Source: an uncultured delta proteobacterium (GTDB lineage Bacteria > Myxococcota_A > UBA9160 > UBA4427). Taken from it: a stretch of DNA of 64,000 bases. A program made the position numbers and the translations under genes. The stretch covers positions 896,001 through 960,000 of the forward strand of contig CAWGJT010000005.1 of the NCBI GenBank assembly GCA_963822965.1, in the 5' to 3' direction. Positions 36,581 to 47,800 of this stretch are shown piece by piece; the first letter of the stretch is position 1, and the number at the start of each line of letters is the position of its first letter. The notes beneath the pieces were generated by a model. It saw nothing but the letters and a program-made list of their open reading frames with translations, had not been told where the DNA came from and made no database searches.

Positions 36581-38086
36581 TCAGTGCGCCTCGGCGGGCG
36601 CGGCGACGGCCGGCGTCGGCGGCGTGTGCCCCGGATCGATCAGGATGTCGATGCGGCGGTTCAACGCTCTGCCGTCGGCCGTCTTGTTCGACGCCAGGGG
36701 CTCGGAGAAGCCCTTGCCGACCACCACCACGTGGTCTTCGGGCAACGTGTTGTTCGCCACGAGATACGCGGCGACCGCCTCGGCCCTCATCTGGGACAGG
36801 TGATCGTTCACCTGGGCCGATCCGGTGGAATCGGTGTGCCCCTCGATCACGACCGTCGGCTTGTCGAAGCTGCGGATCGCCTTCTGCACCTTGCTGAGCA
36901 GCTCATAGTCGTCGGGCTGCAGCACGCTCTCGCCGACCGGGAACTGCACGCCGCGAAGCCGGACCACGAGCTGCGTTCCCTGCTTGTACACCTCGGCTTC
37001 GCTCGGGGTGAAGTAGCTGCTCACCTCGGCGTACTGCTCCTGCAGCCGTCGCTGCTCCTCGAGCTTTCCGATCTGCAGGCGCTCCTCGGTCGACTGTCCC
37101 TCGAGCTTCGCGATCTCCGCCTGGGAGGTCGCGATCTGCGCCCGCAGCCCCTCGCTCTGCGTCACGAGATAGTCGCGGTCCTTGCGCAGCTCGCGGACGG
37201 CGTTGGTCACCGCCGTGAGCTGGGCCTGGGAATCGCGATCGCGCAGATCGGGGAGGGCCAGCTCCGCGGCCACGGTGCTGATGCTCTTCTCACGCTGCAA
37301 CGCCTGGGCCTCGGGGCTCGTCTTCTGGATCGAGGCGGCCGCGCGGGTGAGGGCGACGAGCCGATTGGCCTGGAAGAGCGTCTCGGTGGTGCGCTCGCCC
37401 ATCTCCGCACTGGCGTAGCGATTGCTCGTGATGAACGAATCGAGCGATGCTTCCATCTTCTCCGTGGCCGCCAGCGTCTTGGGCACGAGCTTCTCGGCAC
37501 CCTCGCTGCGCGCCAGCTCGATGGCCTTCCGGATGTCGGTGATGGCGCTCGCCTTGATGGCCTGGAGCTCGACCGAGCGGAAGGCCCGTTCGACGCCCGG
37601 CGCCTTCTTCTCCGCCCAGCTCACGTTGTCCTGCTCGACGGCGGCCGTCAGCTCGACGAACCGCTCCTCGGCCTCCGTGTAGGGTTCTCCCAGCGAGGTC
37701 GCACCGGCGGCCCGCGCGTCCGCTCGGGCCTTGATGACCGCCGGCAGGATGCTCTGGGAGACCGTCACGAACTTCTGCGCCTGCTCGACCTCGGCATTGC
37801 CCTTCGCGATGAGGGACATGATCTCCTGCACGGAACCGCCCTGCTCCAGCGTCGTCCTCGCCTGCTCGTAGGAGGCGTCGGCCCGACCGAACCAGGTGGG
37901 CGCGAGCACGGGTGCCTTGGCCTGGCGCGCCTGATCGATCTTCGCGGCCAGTGCGCCGAGCTGCTCCGACGGATTGGCGGTGACGGGAATGCTCTTCGTA
38001 TCCAGCCCGCCGCTCGCGCACGCGGTGGCGAGGCCGATCAGCAAAATGAAGATGGCTCTGCTCGACGAATCGAGGATTCTAGGCAC
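36581..38086 (-). CDS. OmpA-family lipoprotein with coiled-coil N-region
   Basis: Lipobox ATAC; IEGHTDS.G....N..LS..RA..V; GRALNRRI. Confidence 0.88.
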   Translation of the reverse strand: MPRILDSSSRAIFILLIGLATACASGGLDTKSIPVTANPSEQLGALAAKIDQARQAKAPVLAPTWFGRADASYEQARTTLEQGGSVQEIMSLIAKGNAEVEQAQKFVTVSQSILPAVIKARADARAAGATSLGEPYTEAEERFVELTAAVEQDNVSWAEKKAPGVERAFRSVELQAIKASAITDIRKAIELARSEGAEKLVPKTLAATEKMEASLDSFITSNRYASAEMGERTTETLFQANRLVALTRAAASIQKTSPEAQALQREKSISTVAAELALPDLRDRDSQAQLTAVTNAVRELRKDRDYLVTQSEGLRAQIATSQAEIAKLEGQSTEERLQIGKLEEQRRLQEQYAEVSSYFTPSEAEVYKQGTQLVVRLRGVQFPVGESVLQPDDYELLSKVQKAIRSFDKPTVVIEGHTDSTGSAQVNDHLSQMRAEAVAAYLVANNTLPEDHVVVVGKGFSEPLASNKTADGRALNRRIDILIDPGHTPPTPAVAAPAEAH

Positions 38087-38406
38087 GGGTCTCCCCCTCT
38101 CCTGGGTCGTTCTGGATGCTCTTGGTGATGATCTTGGAATGGAACGGCGCTCGCTCCCGCGAGGGCGGCCCTCCCCCTCTCCTGTCCTGTATTCCCGCGC
38201 TTCCTGCGCTTCCCGCGCTGAGCTTCTGGGTCGTCGGGATCGGCCGCGCGCCGGATGGTCGCGTTCCGATCCTCCCGCGCGGACAGGGATGGGATACCTG
38301 GAGTGTCGGGCAGCCGCCTCACTTCCACAAGGGCCGCCAGCGCGCCGCTGGGTCAGTCGGGCGGTCCGGGTACCCATTGGATAGCGACCCGGGCGGGCTC
38401 GCTCCC

Positions 38407-39594
38407 TCAGAACGTGATCGGCAGCGACGCGAAGCCCTGGACGAACTCGGTGCGCAGGCGCACGGCCCGCTCCAGGTCGAGCTCGTACTCGGGAACCCGC
38501 CGGAGCGTCTCCTCCAGGCACACCCGGCCTTCCATCTTCGCCACGAAGAGGCCGAGGCAGGAGTGGGTGCCCGCACCGAAGCTCAGGATGCGCTGGGGGC
38601 GCCGCTCGATGTCGAAGATGTCGGGGCTCTCGAACTCACGCTCGTCCCGGTTCGCCGACGCATACAGGAACAGGATGCCCGCGCCCTTCTTCATGGTCTG
38701 GCCGTGCAGGGGGACGTCCTGGGTGAGGGTGCGGCACAGGAACTGGGTGGGCATGTCGTAGCGCAGGATCTCGAGGTAGGCGTCGGGGATGAGGCTCGGG
38801 TCCTCGGCGCAGCGCCGGCGCTGGCCGGGGTGCTCCCACAGGCGGAAGATGCCGTTCGCGAAGGTCTTCGGGAACGTCTCGGAGCCGCCGATGATCAGCA
38901 GGGAGAGATGCGACGCGATGTCCTCGGCGGTGAAGCGCTTGCCGTTCAGCTCGAAGGCACGCAGCACGTTCACCACGTCGTCGTCGTCGTTGCCCTGCCG
39001 GTCGCGGGCATGCACCAGGTCGACGAAGTAGGCGCTCAGCTCCCCGGCCGCGGCCAGGCCGTCGGGCGTCATGCCGTCGATGCCGGGCTCCCGGGCGAAG
39101 AACCGCCAGACCAGATCGGAGAGCATGTCCCCGTCCTCGATGGGGATGCCGACGGCCTGGCAGGTCACCTTGACGGAGAGCTGGGCGGCCAGGTCGCCGA
39201 TCACGTCGAAGTGGCCCTTTTCGATCGCCTTGTCGAGGCACTCGCTCACGATGGCCCGCACCGTGGGCTCCATGCCCGCCATGGCGGCGCGCGCGAAGCG
39301 CGGACGGATGGCGCTGCGCAGCTTCCCGTGGTCCGGGGGATCCATCACGTTCAGCATGGGCGTGACGGGCTGAACCTTCGTCAGCACCTGGGAGGAGGTG
39401 GTCCCCTTCGCGGCGGAGAAGGCGGGGTGGGAGGAGCATTCCCAGATGTCCGCGAATCGGGACAGCGCCCAGGCGTCGTACTTCTCGAGGTAGTAGGCCG
39501 GGGCTTCGTCCCGAAGCTGCTTGTAGGTCGGGTACGCGTTGGCCATCACGGCCTCGGAGAAGGGGTCGTAGTCCACCATTTCCTGGTTCCTCAT
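38407..39594 (-). CDS. Cytochrome P450
   Basis: DPPDH, GGSET, EILR, SANRD, FGAGTHSCLG. Confidence 0.95.
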   Translation of the reverse strand: MRNQEMVDYDPFSEAVMANAYPTYKQLRDEAPAYYLEKYDAWALSRFADIWECSSHPAFSAAKGTTSSQVLTKVQPVTPMLNVMDPPDHGKLRSAIRPRFARAAMAGMEPTVRAIVSECLDKAIEKGHFDVIGDLAAQLSVKVTCQAVGIPIEDGDMLSDLVWRFFAREPGIDGMTPDGLAAAGELSAYFVDLVHARDRQGNDDDDVVNVLRAFELNGKRFTAEDIASHLSLLIIGGSETFPKTFANGIFRLWEHPGQRRRCAEDPSLIPDAYLEILRYDMPTQFLCRTLTQDVPLHGQTMKKGAGILFLYASANRDEREFESPDIFDIERRPQRILSFGAGTHSCLGLFVAKMEGRVCLEETLRRVPEYELDLERAVRLRTEFVQGFASLPITF

Positions 39595-39875
39595 TCCTCT
39601 TGCCTTGCAGCCTGCAGCCTGCACGCCGTTCGAGCCGCCGTGCAGCCCACGGCTCGGTGACCCTGGAGTGCAGCCGCCGTGCCAACCCGCGGCGCGAATT
39701 TCGCGCGCGAGGCGCGGAATGGCGGTAGCCTACGGGGCCCATCGCCCCAGCCGGGGTCCGGCATGCGACCTGCGGCCTCAGGGGGGACGCGAGTCGATCG
39801 CACGGGTGGCCCACCGGGGGGCCCGCGGCTGGCGCATCTGCTACACGGGCGCGCGCAGTCCAGGAGGAGGTTTCC

Positions 39876-40295
39876 ATGGGAGCAGGTCGCAAGGTGCGGG
39901 ATCTGATGTCGCCCGAGGTCGTGACCCTGACGGTCAACGAGACGCTCACCATCGCGGACGACGTGATGCGGCTCGGGCGCATCCGCCACATGCCGGTGGT
40001 CGACGAGGACGGCCGTCTCGTCGGCATCCTCAGCCAGCGCGACCTCTTCCGGGACGCCCTGGCCCGGGCACTGGGATACGGCCAGCACGCCCAGGACAAG
40101 ATGCTGAAGATGATGCGCGTCAAGGAGGTGATGAAGTCCGGCGTCGCGACGGTCACTCCGGACACCCCGCTCGAGGAGGCGGCGGCGCGCATGCTGCGGG
40201 ACAAGATCGGCTGCCTGGTCGTGCTCGAGGGAGACGAGATCGCGGGGATCCTCACCGAGAGCGACTTCGTCAAGCTGGTGGCACGCGGCGACTGA
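39876..40295 (+). CDS. CBS domain protein
   Basis: Tandem CBS motifs; GGAGG RBS. Confidence 0.9.
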   Translation: MGAGRKVRDLMSPEVVTLTVNETLTIADDVMRLGRIRHMPVVDEDGRLVGILSQRDLFRDALARALGYGQHAQDKMLKMMRVKEVMKSGVATVTPDTPLEEAAARMLRDKIGCLVVLEGDEIAGILTESDFVKLVARGD

Positions 40296-40343
40296 CGCGG
40301 GCTCGCCGGCGGGAGCCCTCCGGCGATCCACTATCCTCGCGCC

Positions 40344-40892
40344 ATGTCCGGCCCCAGCGGCTATCCGTCCGACGAGCAGCCCGGTCTGCTCAAGTCGCTC
40401 CTGCGCTGGGCGGTCGCGGCGGCGGTGGCGACGCTGGTCACGCTCGTCCTCTTCACCGTCATGACGAGGCTGATCGACGGCACCTGGATCCTCGAGGGCC
40501 TGATCCGGGTGTTTCCGCTGTCGACCGCCCAGGTCACGCCCGAGGACGAGTGCGCCATCGACGAGGCCACGGCGCGGCCCGCCGTCTCGATCGCCGGCGA
40601 GGTGGGCTACTACGCGAACGGCTCGTTCGTGCCCCTGCCCGACGCCCGCATCCAGGGAGACGACGGAGCGAGGCCGCCCCACCCGGTGGAGGTGGCCGCC
40701 GACGGCGCGTTCCGCTTCGTCACGGCCTTCCCCGACGAGACCCCTTCGCCGTGCCGCTACGACGGCGAGAAGCCGCCGGCGGAGACCCAGTGGCTCATCG
40801 TCGGCGCGGAGGGCTGCAGCGAGCGACGCGTGCCCGTGACCCGGGCCTGGGTGTCGCACCGGGTGCTGATCCCCTGCCGCGATCGGGGATGA
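40344..40892 (+). CDS. Hypothetical membrane-anchored protein
   Basis: N-terminal TM; GC3-biased ORF. Confidence 0.6.
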   Translation: MSGPSGYPSDEQPGLLKSLLRWAVAAAVATLVTLVLFTVMTRLIDGTWILEGLIRVFPLSTAQVTPEDECAIDEATARPAVSIAGEVGYYANGSFVPLPDARIQGDDGARPPHPVEVAADGAFRFVTAFPDETPSPCRYDGEKPPAETQWLIVGAEGCSERRVPVTRAWVSHRVLIPCRDRG

Positions 40893-40926
40893 GCCCGCGA
40901 GCCGCTCGCCGGCGGCGCGTGGCGGC

Positions 40927-42387
40927 TCAGCGGTGGGCGGCGTGCCGGCCTGCCCGGCGGCCGAAGAAGGTGCCCTCGCCGATGCAGGTCCCGCTCGAGT
41001 AGCCGAGCCCGTCCTGGGCGATGTTCGACGCGCAGCCGCCGGCGGCGTACAGCCCCTCGATCACGCTGCCGTCCGGGCGCACCACCTGGCCGTCGATCGT
41101 GACGCGCAGGCCACCCAGGGGAAAGCCCACGTAGGTCGCCTTGCCGACGGACATGTCGAGAGCCGCGTACGGCGGGTGGGTGAGCGGCACCAGCCACTTC
41201 GCCGCCTTGTGGAACTCCGGGTCCTCGCCGCGGGCGGCGTGGGTGTTGTAGTCGGCGATGGTCTTCTGCAGCGAGCCCTCGGGCATGCCCAGGTCGCGCT
41301 CCATCTCGGCCACGTCGTCCCAGGCGTCCACGAGCTCCTGCCAGCCGAACAGGGGACGGGCGAAGAACGAGTCGTCGGCGATCAGGTACGCCACGCCGTC
41401 CGGCTGCTCGGTGCAGCGGATGCTGGTCTTCGAGTGGTAGGAGTCCTCGTTGATGAAGCGCCTGCCCTGCTTGTTCACCAGGATGCCCTTGATGAGCTGC
41501 TCCGGCGGGTAGAAGGGCGACGTGAGCAGGGCGCCGTCCATGTGGTCGCAGACGCCGCCGGCGGCCTCGCCGAGCAGGTGTCCGGCGCCGTCGTCGAACG
41601 TCGAGCCCTGCTTCTGGATGCGGTCGTCGGCCAGGCGGGGGCAACGCTCCTGGATGAGCTTCTCGTTCATGCCGAACTGGCCCGAGGCCAGGATCACGCC
41701 CTTCCGGGCGCGGGCCGTGCGATCGCCCTCGGCGGTCCGGTAGCGGACGCCGACGATGCGCTCGCCGTCGCGGACGAGATCCCGGACCGCCGCGTCGTAG
41801 CGGATGCGAACGCCCAGCTTCTGCGCGCAGTCGACGAGCTTCTCGATCAGCTTGGCGCCGCCCGCCTCGCCCTCCATGGCCACCTTGTGGCCCCGGGGCG
41901 CCGGCTTCGACTTCTCGCTGAAGGGCCAGGCGGCCTCGTTGCCCGACTCGATCAGGCATTCGCTGGTCATCTGCACGACGTTCTTCTCGCGGTGCCAGCT
42001 GTCCTCGAAGGGAACGCCGTGGGCCACGAGCCAGTCGAAGTGGGCAACGCTCTCGTCGCAGTAGAGGCGGATCTTGGCCTCGTCGGGCTCCGGGGTGTTG
42101 GCCAACAGGTAGGTGTACATGTCCTCGACGGTGTCCTCGACGCCCACCGCCTTCTGGACCCGGGTGCCGCCGCCCATGTAGATGTGGCCCGCCGCGGACG
42201 CGGTGAGCCCGCCCGCGCCGCTGGCGCGCTCGAGCGCGAGCACCGAGGCGCCGGCCTCGGCGGCCTCGATGGCCGCGCAGCCGCCCGCCGAGCCGACGCC
42301 GACGACGACGACGTCCGCCTCCTCGTCCCAGCTCTCCACCGTGGCGGCGTCGACGACGCCGTACTGCTTCGCGCTCTCGGAGCCCAT
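40927..42387 (-). CDS. FAD-dependent oxidoreductase (FAD_binding_2; 3-ketosteroid dehydrogenase-like)
   Basis: DVVVVGVGSAG, GILVNKQGRRFINE, LGGL, IEGLYAAG, YSSGT. Confidence 0.88.
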   Translation of the reverse strand: MGSESAKQYGVVDAATVESWDEEADVVVVGVGSAGGCAAIEAAEAGASVLALERASGAGGLTASAAGHIYMGGGTRVQKAVGVEDTVEDMYTYLLANTPEPDEAKIRLYCDESVAHFDWLVAHGVPFEDSWHREKNVVQMTSECLIESGNEAAWPFSEKSKPAPRGHKVAMEGEAGGAKLIEKLVDCAQKLGVRIRYDAAVRDLVRDGERIVGVRYRTAEGDRTARARKGVILASGQFGMNEKLIQERCPRLADDRIQKQGSTFDDGAGHLLGEAAGGVCDHMDGALLTSPFYPPEQLIKGILVNKQGRRFINEDSYHSKTSIRCTEQPDGVAYLIADDSFFARPLFGWQELVDAWDDVAEMERDLGMPEGSLQKTIADYNTHAARGEDPEFHKAAKWLVPLTHPPYAALDMSVGKATYVGFPLGGLRVTIDGQVVRPDGSVIEGLYAAGGCASNIAQDGLGYSSGTCIGEGTFFGRRAGRHAAHR

Positions 42388-42506
42388 CGCTTCTCCTCGC
42401 CCCACCGCTCGCCGTGGCGGGGCTCGTCCGGGGCTCCGGATTGTAGTCGCTGAGGCCGCAGCGCGTGATCGCGTGGCGGGCACGCCCGCGCGCGGCTGAG
42501 GCCGGT

Positions 42507-42701
42507 TCAGTGCAGCCGGCTGCGCCAGGTCACCGCCGCGTCGCGCAGCGCGCCGCCCAGTGAATCGTGGGAGCGCTTCTTCGCCTTGCCGTCGCGAGAG
42601 TCCTCGACGACGTAGCTCCGCTTCCGGGTGTCCTGCTTCACGCGAACGGTGCGACCCTTGTCGCGAAGTCGAAGGCCGAAGGTGAGCGGTCTGCAAGCCA
42701 T
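42507..42701 (-). CDS. Small basic hypothetical protein
   Basis: 64 aa with AGGAG RBS. Confidence 0.5.
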   Translation of the reverse strand: MACRPLTFGLRLRDKGRTVRVKQDTRKRSYVVEDSRDGKAKKRSHDSLGGALRDAAVTWRSRLH

Positions 42702-42952
42702 GGTGGATCTCCTGTCTCCGGGTTCCGGCTCGTTCGGGGAGATCCCGGCCGGCTGTCCACCCACGGATCGGCTCGCTTCGCGATTCCTTGAGAGAATTCG
42801 ACGAGATGCGGCGAACGAAATGCGCGCTCATGAGAGTGTGGTAGAAATACCACTCCATCTTTGCCGCGGCTCGCAGGCCCGGTACGGATCTTGCGGCCGT
42901 CTCACGTCTCTCGCGTCCCCTTCGTGTCGAGGAATCCGGTCCCATCGCCCCC

Positions 42953-44843
42953 ATGCCCGCGCCCGCCGACATCGCCACGCGGCTCCGCCGTCTGCTGCTC
43001 GTGCTGCCGTGGCTGCTGGGGGCCGCGGCGCCCGCGCGCGCGGAGGTCGACGAGCCGCGCGTCGCGAAGCTCACCCTCGAGGGCGTTCACGCGATCGACG
43101 AGGACGAGATCCTGAAGGGGATCCTCACCTCGAAGCCCGACTGGCGGCCGTGGCGCCCGCTGCCCGTGTTCGACGAGGCCTACCTCGAGGACGATCTCGA
43201 CCGCATCGCGACGCATCTACCAGGATCACGGCTACTACGACGCGACGGCCGAGTCGTCCGTCACCTGGAACGACGAGCACGACGAGGCGCGCATCGTGAT
43301 CACCGTGAGCGAGGGCGAGCCCGTGCGGCTCGAGAGCTGGCAGCTCGAGGCCCCGGCGAGCCCCGGACTGCCCGCCCGACTATCCCGACGGGCTGCTCGC
43401 CCTCCTGCCAGCGCCCGGCTCGGTGTTCGGAGTGGACGTCTACCGGCAGTGTCCGGCAGGAGGTACTCGGGCGCATGGCGGATCTCGGGCACCCCACGGC
43501 CTCCCTCGACGGCGGGGCGGACGTGGACACGGCGAGCCACAGCGCGAGCGTGCAGTGGACCCTGCACGTCGGCCCGACGGTGCGCGTCGGCGCAATCCGC
43601 ATCGCGGGGCTCGTCGACGTCGAGGAGCGCGTGGTGCGGCGCGAGCTCGTCATCGCTCCGGGCGACCGCTTCTCGCGGAAGGAGCTCGTCGACCGCAGCC
43701 AGCGGCGGGTGTTCGACACCGGCCTCTTCCGCTCGGTCACCGTCGTAGCCGATGGAGAGCGACGCCGCGAAGGCCGAGGCCGAGGCCACCGCCGACGACG
43801 CGCTGCACGAGGTCGTCTGGCCCCTCGAGGTGCGCGTGGTGGAGCGCGCGCCGCGCACCTTCTCGGTGGGCGTCGGCTACGGCACCGAGGACGAGTTCCG
43901 GGCCCGCATCGACTGGACCCACCGCGACTTCCTGGGCAACGGACGCAGGCTCGACGTCGGCGGCAAGTACTCGTCGCTGGTGATGGGCGGCGAGGTGACC
44001 CTCAGCCAGCCGTGGTTCCTGCACCCGTGGATCCAGGACCCGCTCGGCCTCTCCGTGGCGCTCAAGGCCGTGCGCGAGACGCCCCGCGCCTACGCGGCGA
44101 ACCGCTTCGGCGAGAGCGTCGAGCTCACTCGCTACCTCGGCTACGACTTCACCCTGCGCTTCGGCCAGGCGTTCGAGTGGGCGGACGTCACCTCCCAGAA
44201 GGTCGACCCCGATCTCGACGTCGACCTGCCCGACAAGGCGCGACTGCACACCCTGCCCTTCGGCCTGCGCTACAGCCACCTCGACGATCCCATCACTCCG
44301 ACCCTGGGTGCGTGGCTCGACTTCTCGGTCGAGCCGTCGTTCGAGGCGATCGGCTCCGACGTCGACTACGTGAAGCTCGTCGGCGAGGCCCGGGGCTTCG
44401 TGCCGCTCGGGCCCGTGGTGCTCGCGGCCCGCTACCGCATGGGCACCCTGGAGCCCTTCCGCGACACCGACAACGTGGACATCCCCAAGTTCAAGCGCTT
44501 CTACGCGGGTGGCAGCACGTCGGTGCGGGGCTTCGGCTACCAGAAGCTCGGCCCGCTGGACGAAGAGGGCAATCCGCTCGGCGGCCTGTCCTGGGCGGAG
44601 GGCTCGATCGAGCTGCGCATCCCCATCTGGAGGAAGCTCTCGGGGGTCGTCTTCTCGGACGCCGGCCAGGTGAACCCGCGCCCCTCGGACTGGCGCACCC
44701 ACGACATCTACTACTCGAGCGGACTGGGGCTGCGGCTCGGCACGCCGGTGGGTCCGCTGCGGTTCGACGTGGCGCGAATCTACAATCCGCCGCACGGGAT
44801 CGACCGCTACGGGTTCTACGTCTCCGTGGGAAACGCGTTCTGA
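42953..44843 (+). CDS. TamA/BamA (Omp85) outer-membrane protein, frameshifted in this assembly
   Basis: POTRA-like N-terminal pieces in shifting frames; RFYAGGSTSVRGF, TPVGPLRFD and terminal F. Confidence 0.85.
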
Positions 44844-47800
44844 TGGCCCGCGAATCCGAAACGACGTCCGCGCGAAGGGGCGGAGTGCTCCGGAAGCTCA
44901 CCTGGTCGCTGGGGACGGCAGTGGCCGTGGTGCTGCTCGCCATCTCGCTGCTCGTGGCGGGCGCCGTCACCATCTCCCGCGGATGGCAACGCGCAACCCT
45001 CGTGGCGGAGATCGAGAAGCGACTGGGCGACGCGCTCGGCACGGAGGTGCACGTCGACGCGCTGCGCGGGCCGCTGGTTCCGAGCTTCGAGGCCCTCGGT
45101 GTCCGCGTCGGCCCGGCCGGCAGCGAGCTGGCCCGGGCGCGCCGGATCGTGGTGCACTGGGACGCCGGGACCCTCGTCGCGGACCGCCGACTGGTGATCG
45201 ACGAGATCGAGATCGAGGGTCTCGATCTCGTGCTGCGATACGAACCGACCGGCGGATGGAACCTACCCCGACCGGCGGCCGGGCCGGCGAGCGAGCCGGC
45301 GTCCGGCGAGGGGGCCGACCCGCTGCCCGTCTCCGTGTCCCTGGGCCGGGTGCACGTCGTCGACTCCCACATCGACCTGACCTGGACCTCGCCCGACAGC
45401 ACGGGAGCGCTCGCCGGTGGCTTCGGCGCCACGGTGCGGGACGTCTTCGTCCCGGCTTCGCTCGCGCCGGTGACCTGGGGAACGGGCTCGCTGCAGCTCG
45501 GCGTCGAGCGGGGCCAGCTCGGAGACACGCGGGTCGAGCGCGGCGGCCTCGAGGCCAACCTCGACGCCTTGCACTTCCTGCAGGTCACCGCCGTGGGTGC
45601 CGGTGGCTTCGGCGAGATCGGGCTCAGCGGGCGCGGCGACCTCGACGCCTGGCTCGCCGGCCGGGGCGACCCGGGGACGCGCGTCGATCTGGCCTTCGAC
45701 GCGCTGGACGTCGCCGCCCTGATCGGACGCAAGGAGCCCGAGACCCGGCTCGTGGGTCGCGCCGAGCTGGGGGTGGGAGCGCGCACCGGTGCCGGAGGCG
45801 CACCCGAGCTCCTCTTCGACGCCCGCCTCGAGCCGTCCCGGCTGGGAAGCGTCCCGATCTCGCGCGCCCGCCTGCGCGGGTCGCTGCTGGACCGGGCCTG
45901 GCGCCTCGAGCACCTGCTGGTCGAAGGAGAAGGCGTGTCGGTCCGCGGCTCGGCGGCAGGGCTGGCGGACGAGCTCCAGGCGGTGGACGTCGCGGCCCGC
46001 ATCGAGCGACTCGACCGTCTGGCGAGCTGGCTTCCCGGCGCGGAGGGACGCGAAGCCGCACGGCAGCTCGCGGGCGGCGTGTCGCTGGAGCTGCACCTGG
46101 CCGACCCGGCCGGCCGGGCGAACGGCTCCGTCGCCCTGGACGGAACGGATCTCGCGTGGAGAGGCGTCGCGGTGGGAGACGTGGCCCTGCGCGCCCGCAT
46201 CGAGGCCGGCGAGCGCGCCGTGGTGGAACGATTCGCGCTGCGGGGCGACCGCCTGTCCCTCGACGTCGACCCGGGCGCCGTGCTGCGACGTGCCGGCCCG
46301 GCGCTGTCCGACGGCGTGGTCGTCGAGGGGCTCCGCGTGCGTTCGGACGGGGCCGTCCTGGACGTCGACGGGGGTGTGAGCGCCGACGCCGCGCGCGACC
46401 TGCGCCTTCGCCTGGCGGGTCTCGCCCTCGCGCGTCTGGGCGAGCTCGAAGGCATCGCCAGGCCAACCGCCGGCCGCGTCGACGCGACGGTCACCCTCGA
46501 CGGCCCGTTCCCGCAGCCGGCAGCGACCGGCTGGCTCGAGCTGCAGGACGGCGCCGCACAGGTGCCCGCGCTGGGCGAGACGTTCGCGCCCATCGCGGCC
46601 CGGCTGCGCCTCGAGGACGAGACGCTCTTCGTCGAACGGATCACGGTGGGGCCGCCCGGCGAGCGCGCCGAGGTGAGCGGGCGGGTGGCGGTTCCCGGGC
46701 TGCGTCCGGGCCGGGCCGACCTCCACCTGCAGGTGGCCGAGTTCCCGCTCACCCGGGTTCCCCTGCCCAGCGGCCTGGGCGGCGAGGAACCCGGGGCACC
46801 GCCCACCACGGTGGCCACCGGCGGCCACGTCGACGCCGACCTCACCCTGACGGGACCGCTGCTGGCGCCGACCGTCACCGGCGACCTCGACTGGACGCGG
46901 CCCCGCTGGGAGGACGTCCAGCTCGACCGCATCACCCTGCACGTCGAGGGAGACGGTCGGCGCGTCGAAGGCTCCGCCCGCATGCGCTACGAGGGGAGCG
47001 AGATCCTGCACGCTCGGGCCAGCCTGCCGATTCCCGCCGATCCCCGGAAGCCCCTCGACTGGCTGCACGAAGAGAGCGCGCACATCGAGGTGACGGGCGA
47101 TTCCCTCGACTTCGCGCTCCTGCAGCCGTTCCTCACCCGGCTCGTCCGCGAGCCCCGCGGCACCGCGAACGTGAAGCTCGTGATCGACGGAGGCCGTCCG
47201 GAGCCCCGGGTCGACGGCCTCGTGACCGTCTCCGACGGCTCGCTCCGGGTACCCCTCCTGCGGCGGACCTTCGAGCCCGTCTCGGGCCGCGCCCGCTTCG
47301 ACGGCCGCCGGGTGTCGCTCGAATCCCTCTCCATCGGCACCGCCGACGCGGGTCTCTTCGCCGAGGGCGACCTCGAGCTGACCGACCTGCGGCCCGAGCG
47401 CATCGATCTCGAAGTCCGCCTCGACCACTTCCCGATCTCGCGCTCCTCGCTGCTGGAGGCGGACATCGACGGCCGGGTGGACCTGGACGGCCCCGTGGAC
47501 GCGCCGGCGCTCACCGGCAAGCTCACCCTCGAACACACCCGCGTGACGGTCCGCAGCGAGCGAGACGCCGTCTACAAGGAGGTGCGCGTGCGGGCGACGG
47601 GCAGCGAGGCCCAGCTCCGGGAGCGGCCTCGCGGCGGCCCCGACCTGCTGGACCGCGCCTCCGTCGACCTCGCGCTCACCGTGCCGGGGAACACCTGGAT
47701 TCGCAGCCCCGAGATCGAGCTCGACGTCTCGGGCTGGGCGCAGCTCGACAAGCGCTCCCTCGAGCCGCTCCACATCTCGGGCGAGCTCAGCACCCGACGC

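Noticed and set aside
34256..44843. Frameshifts in the APH/kinase gene and tamA (and the type C transposase) as programmed frameshifting or pseudogenes
   Set aside because: Multiple single-base indels in short G/C runs with otherwise intact motifs fit long-read consensus error; needs read check
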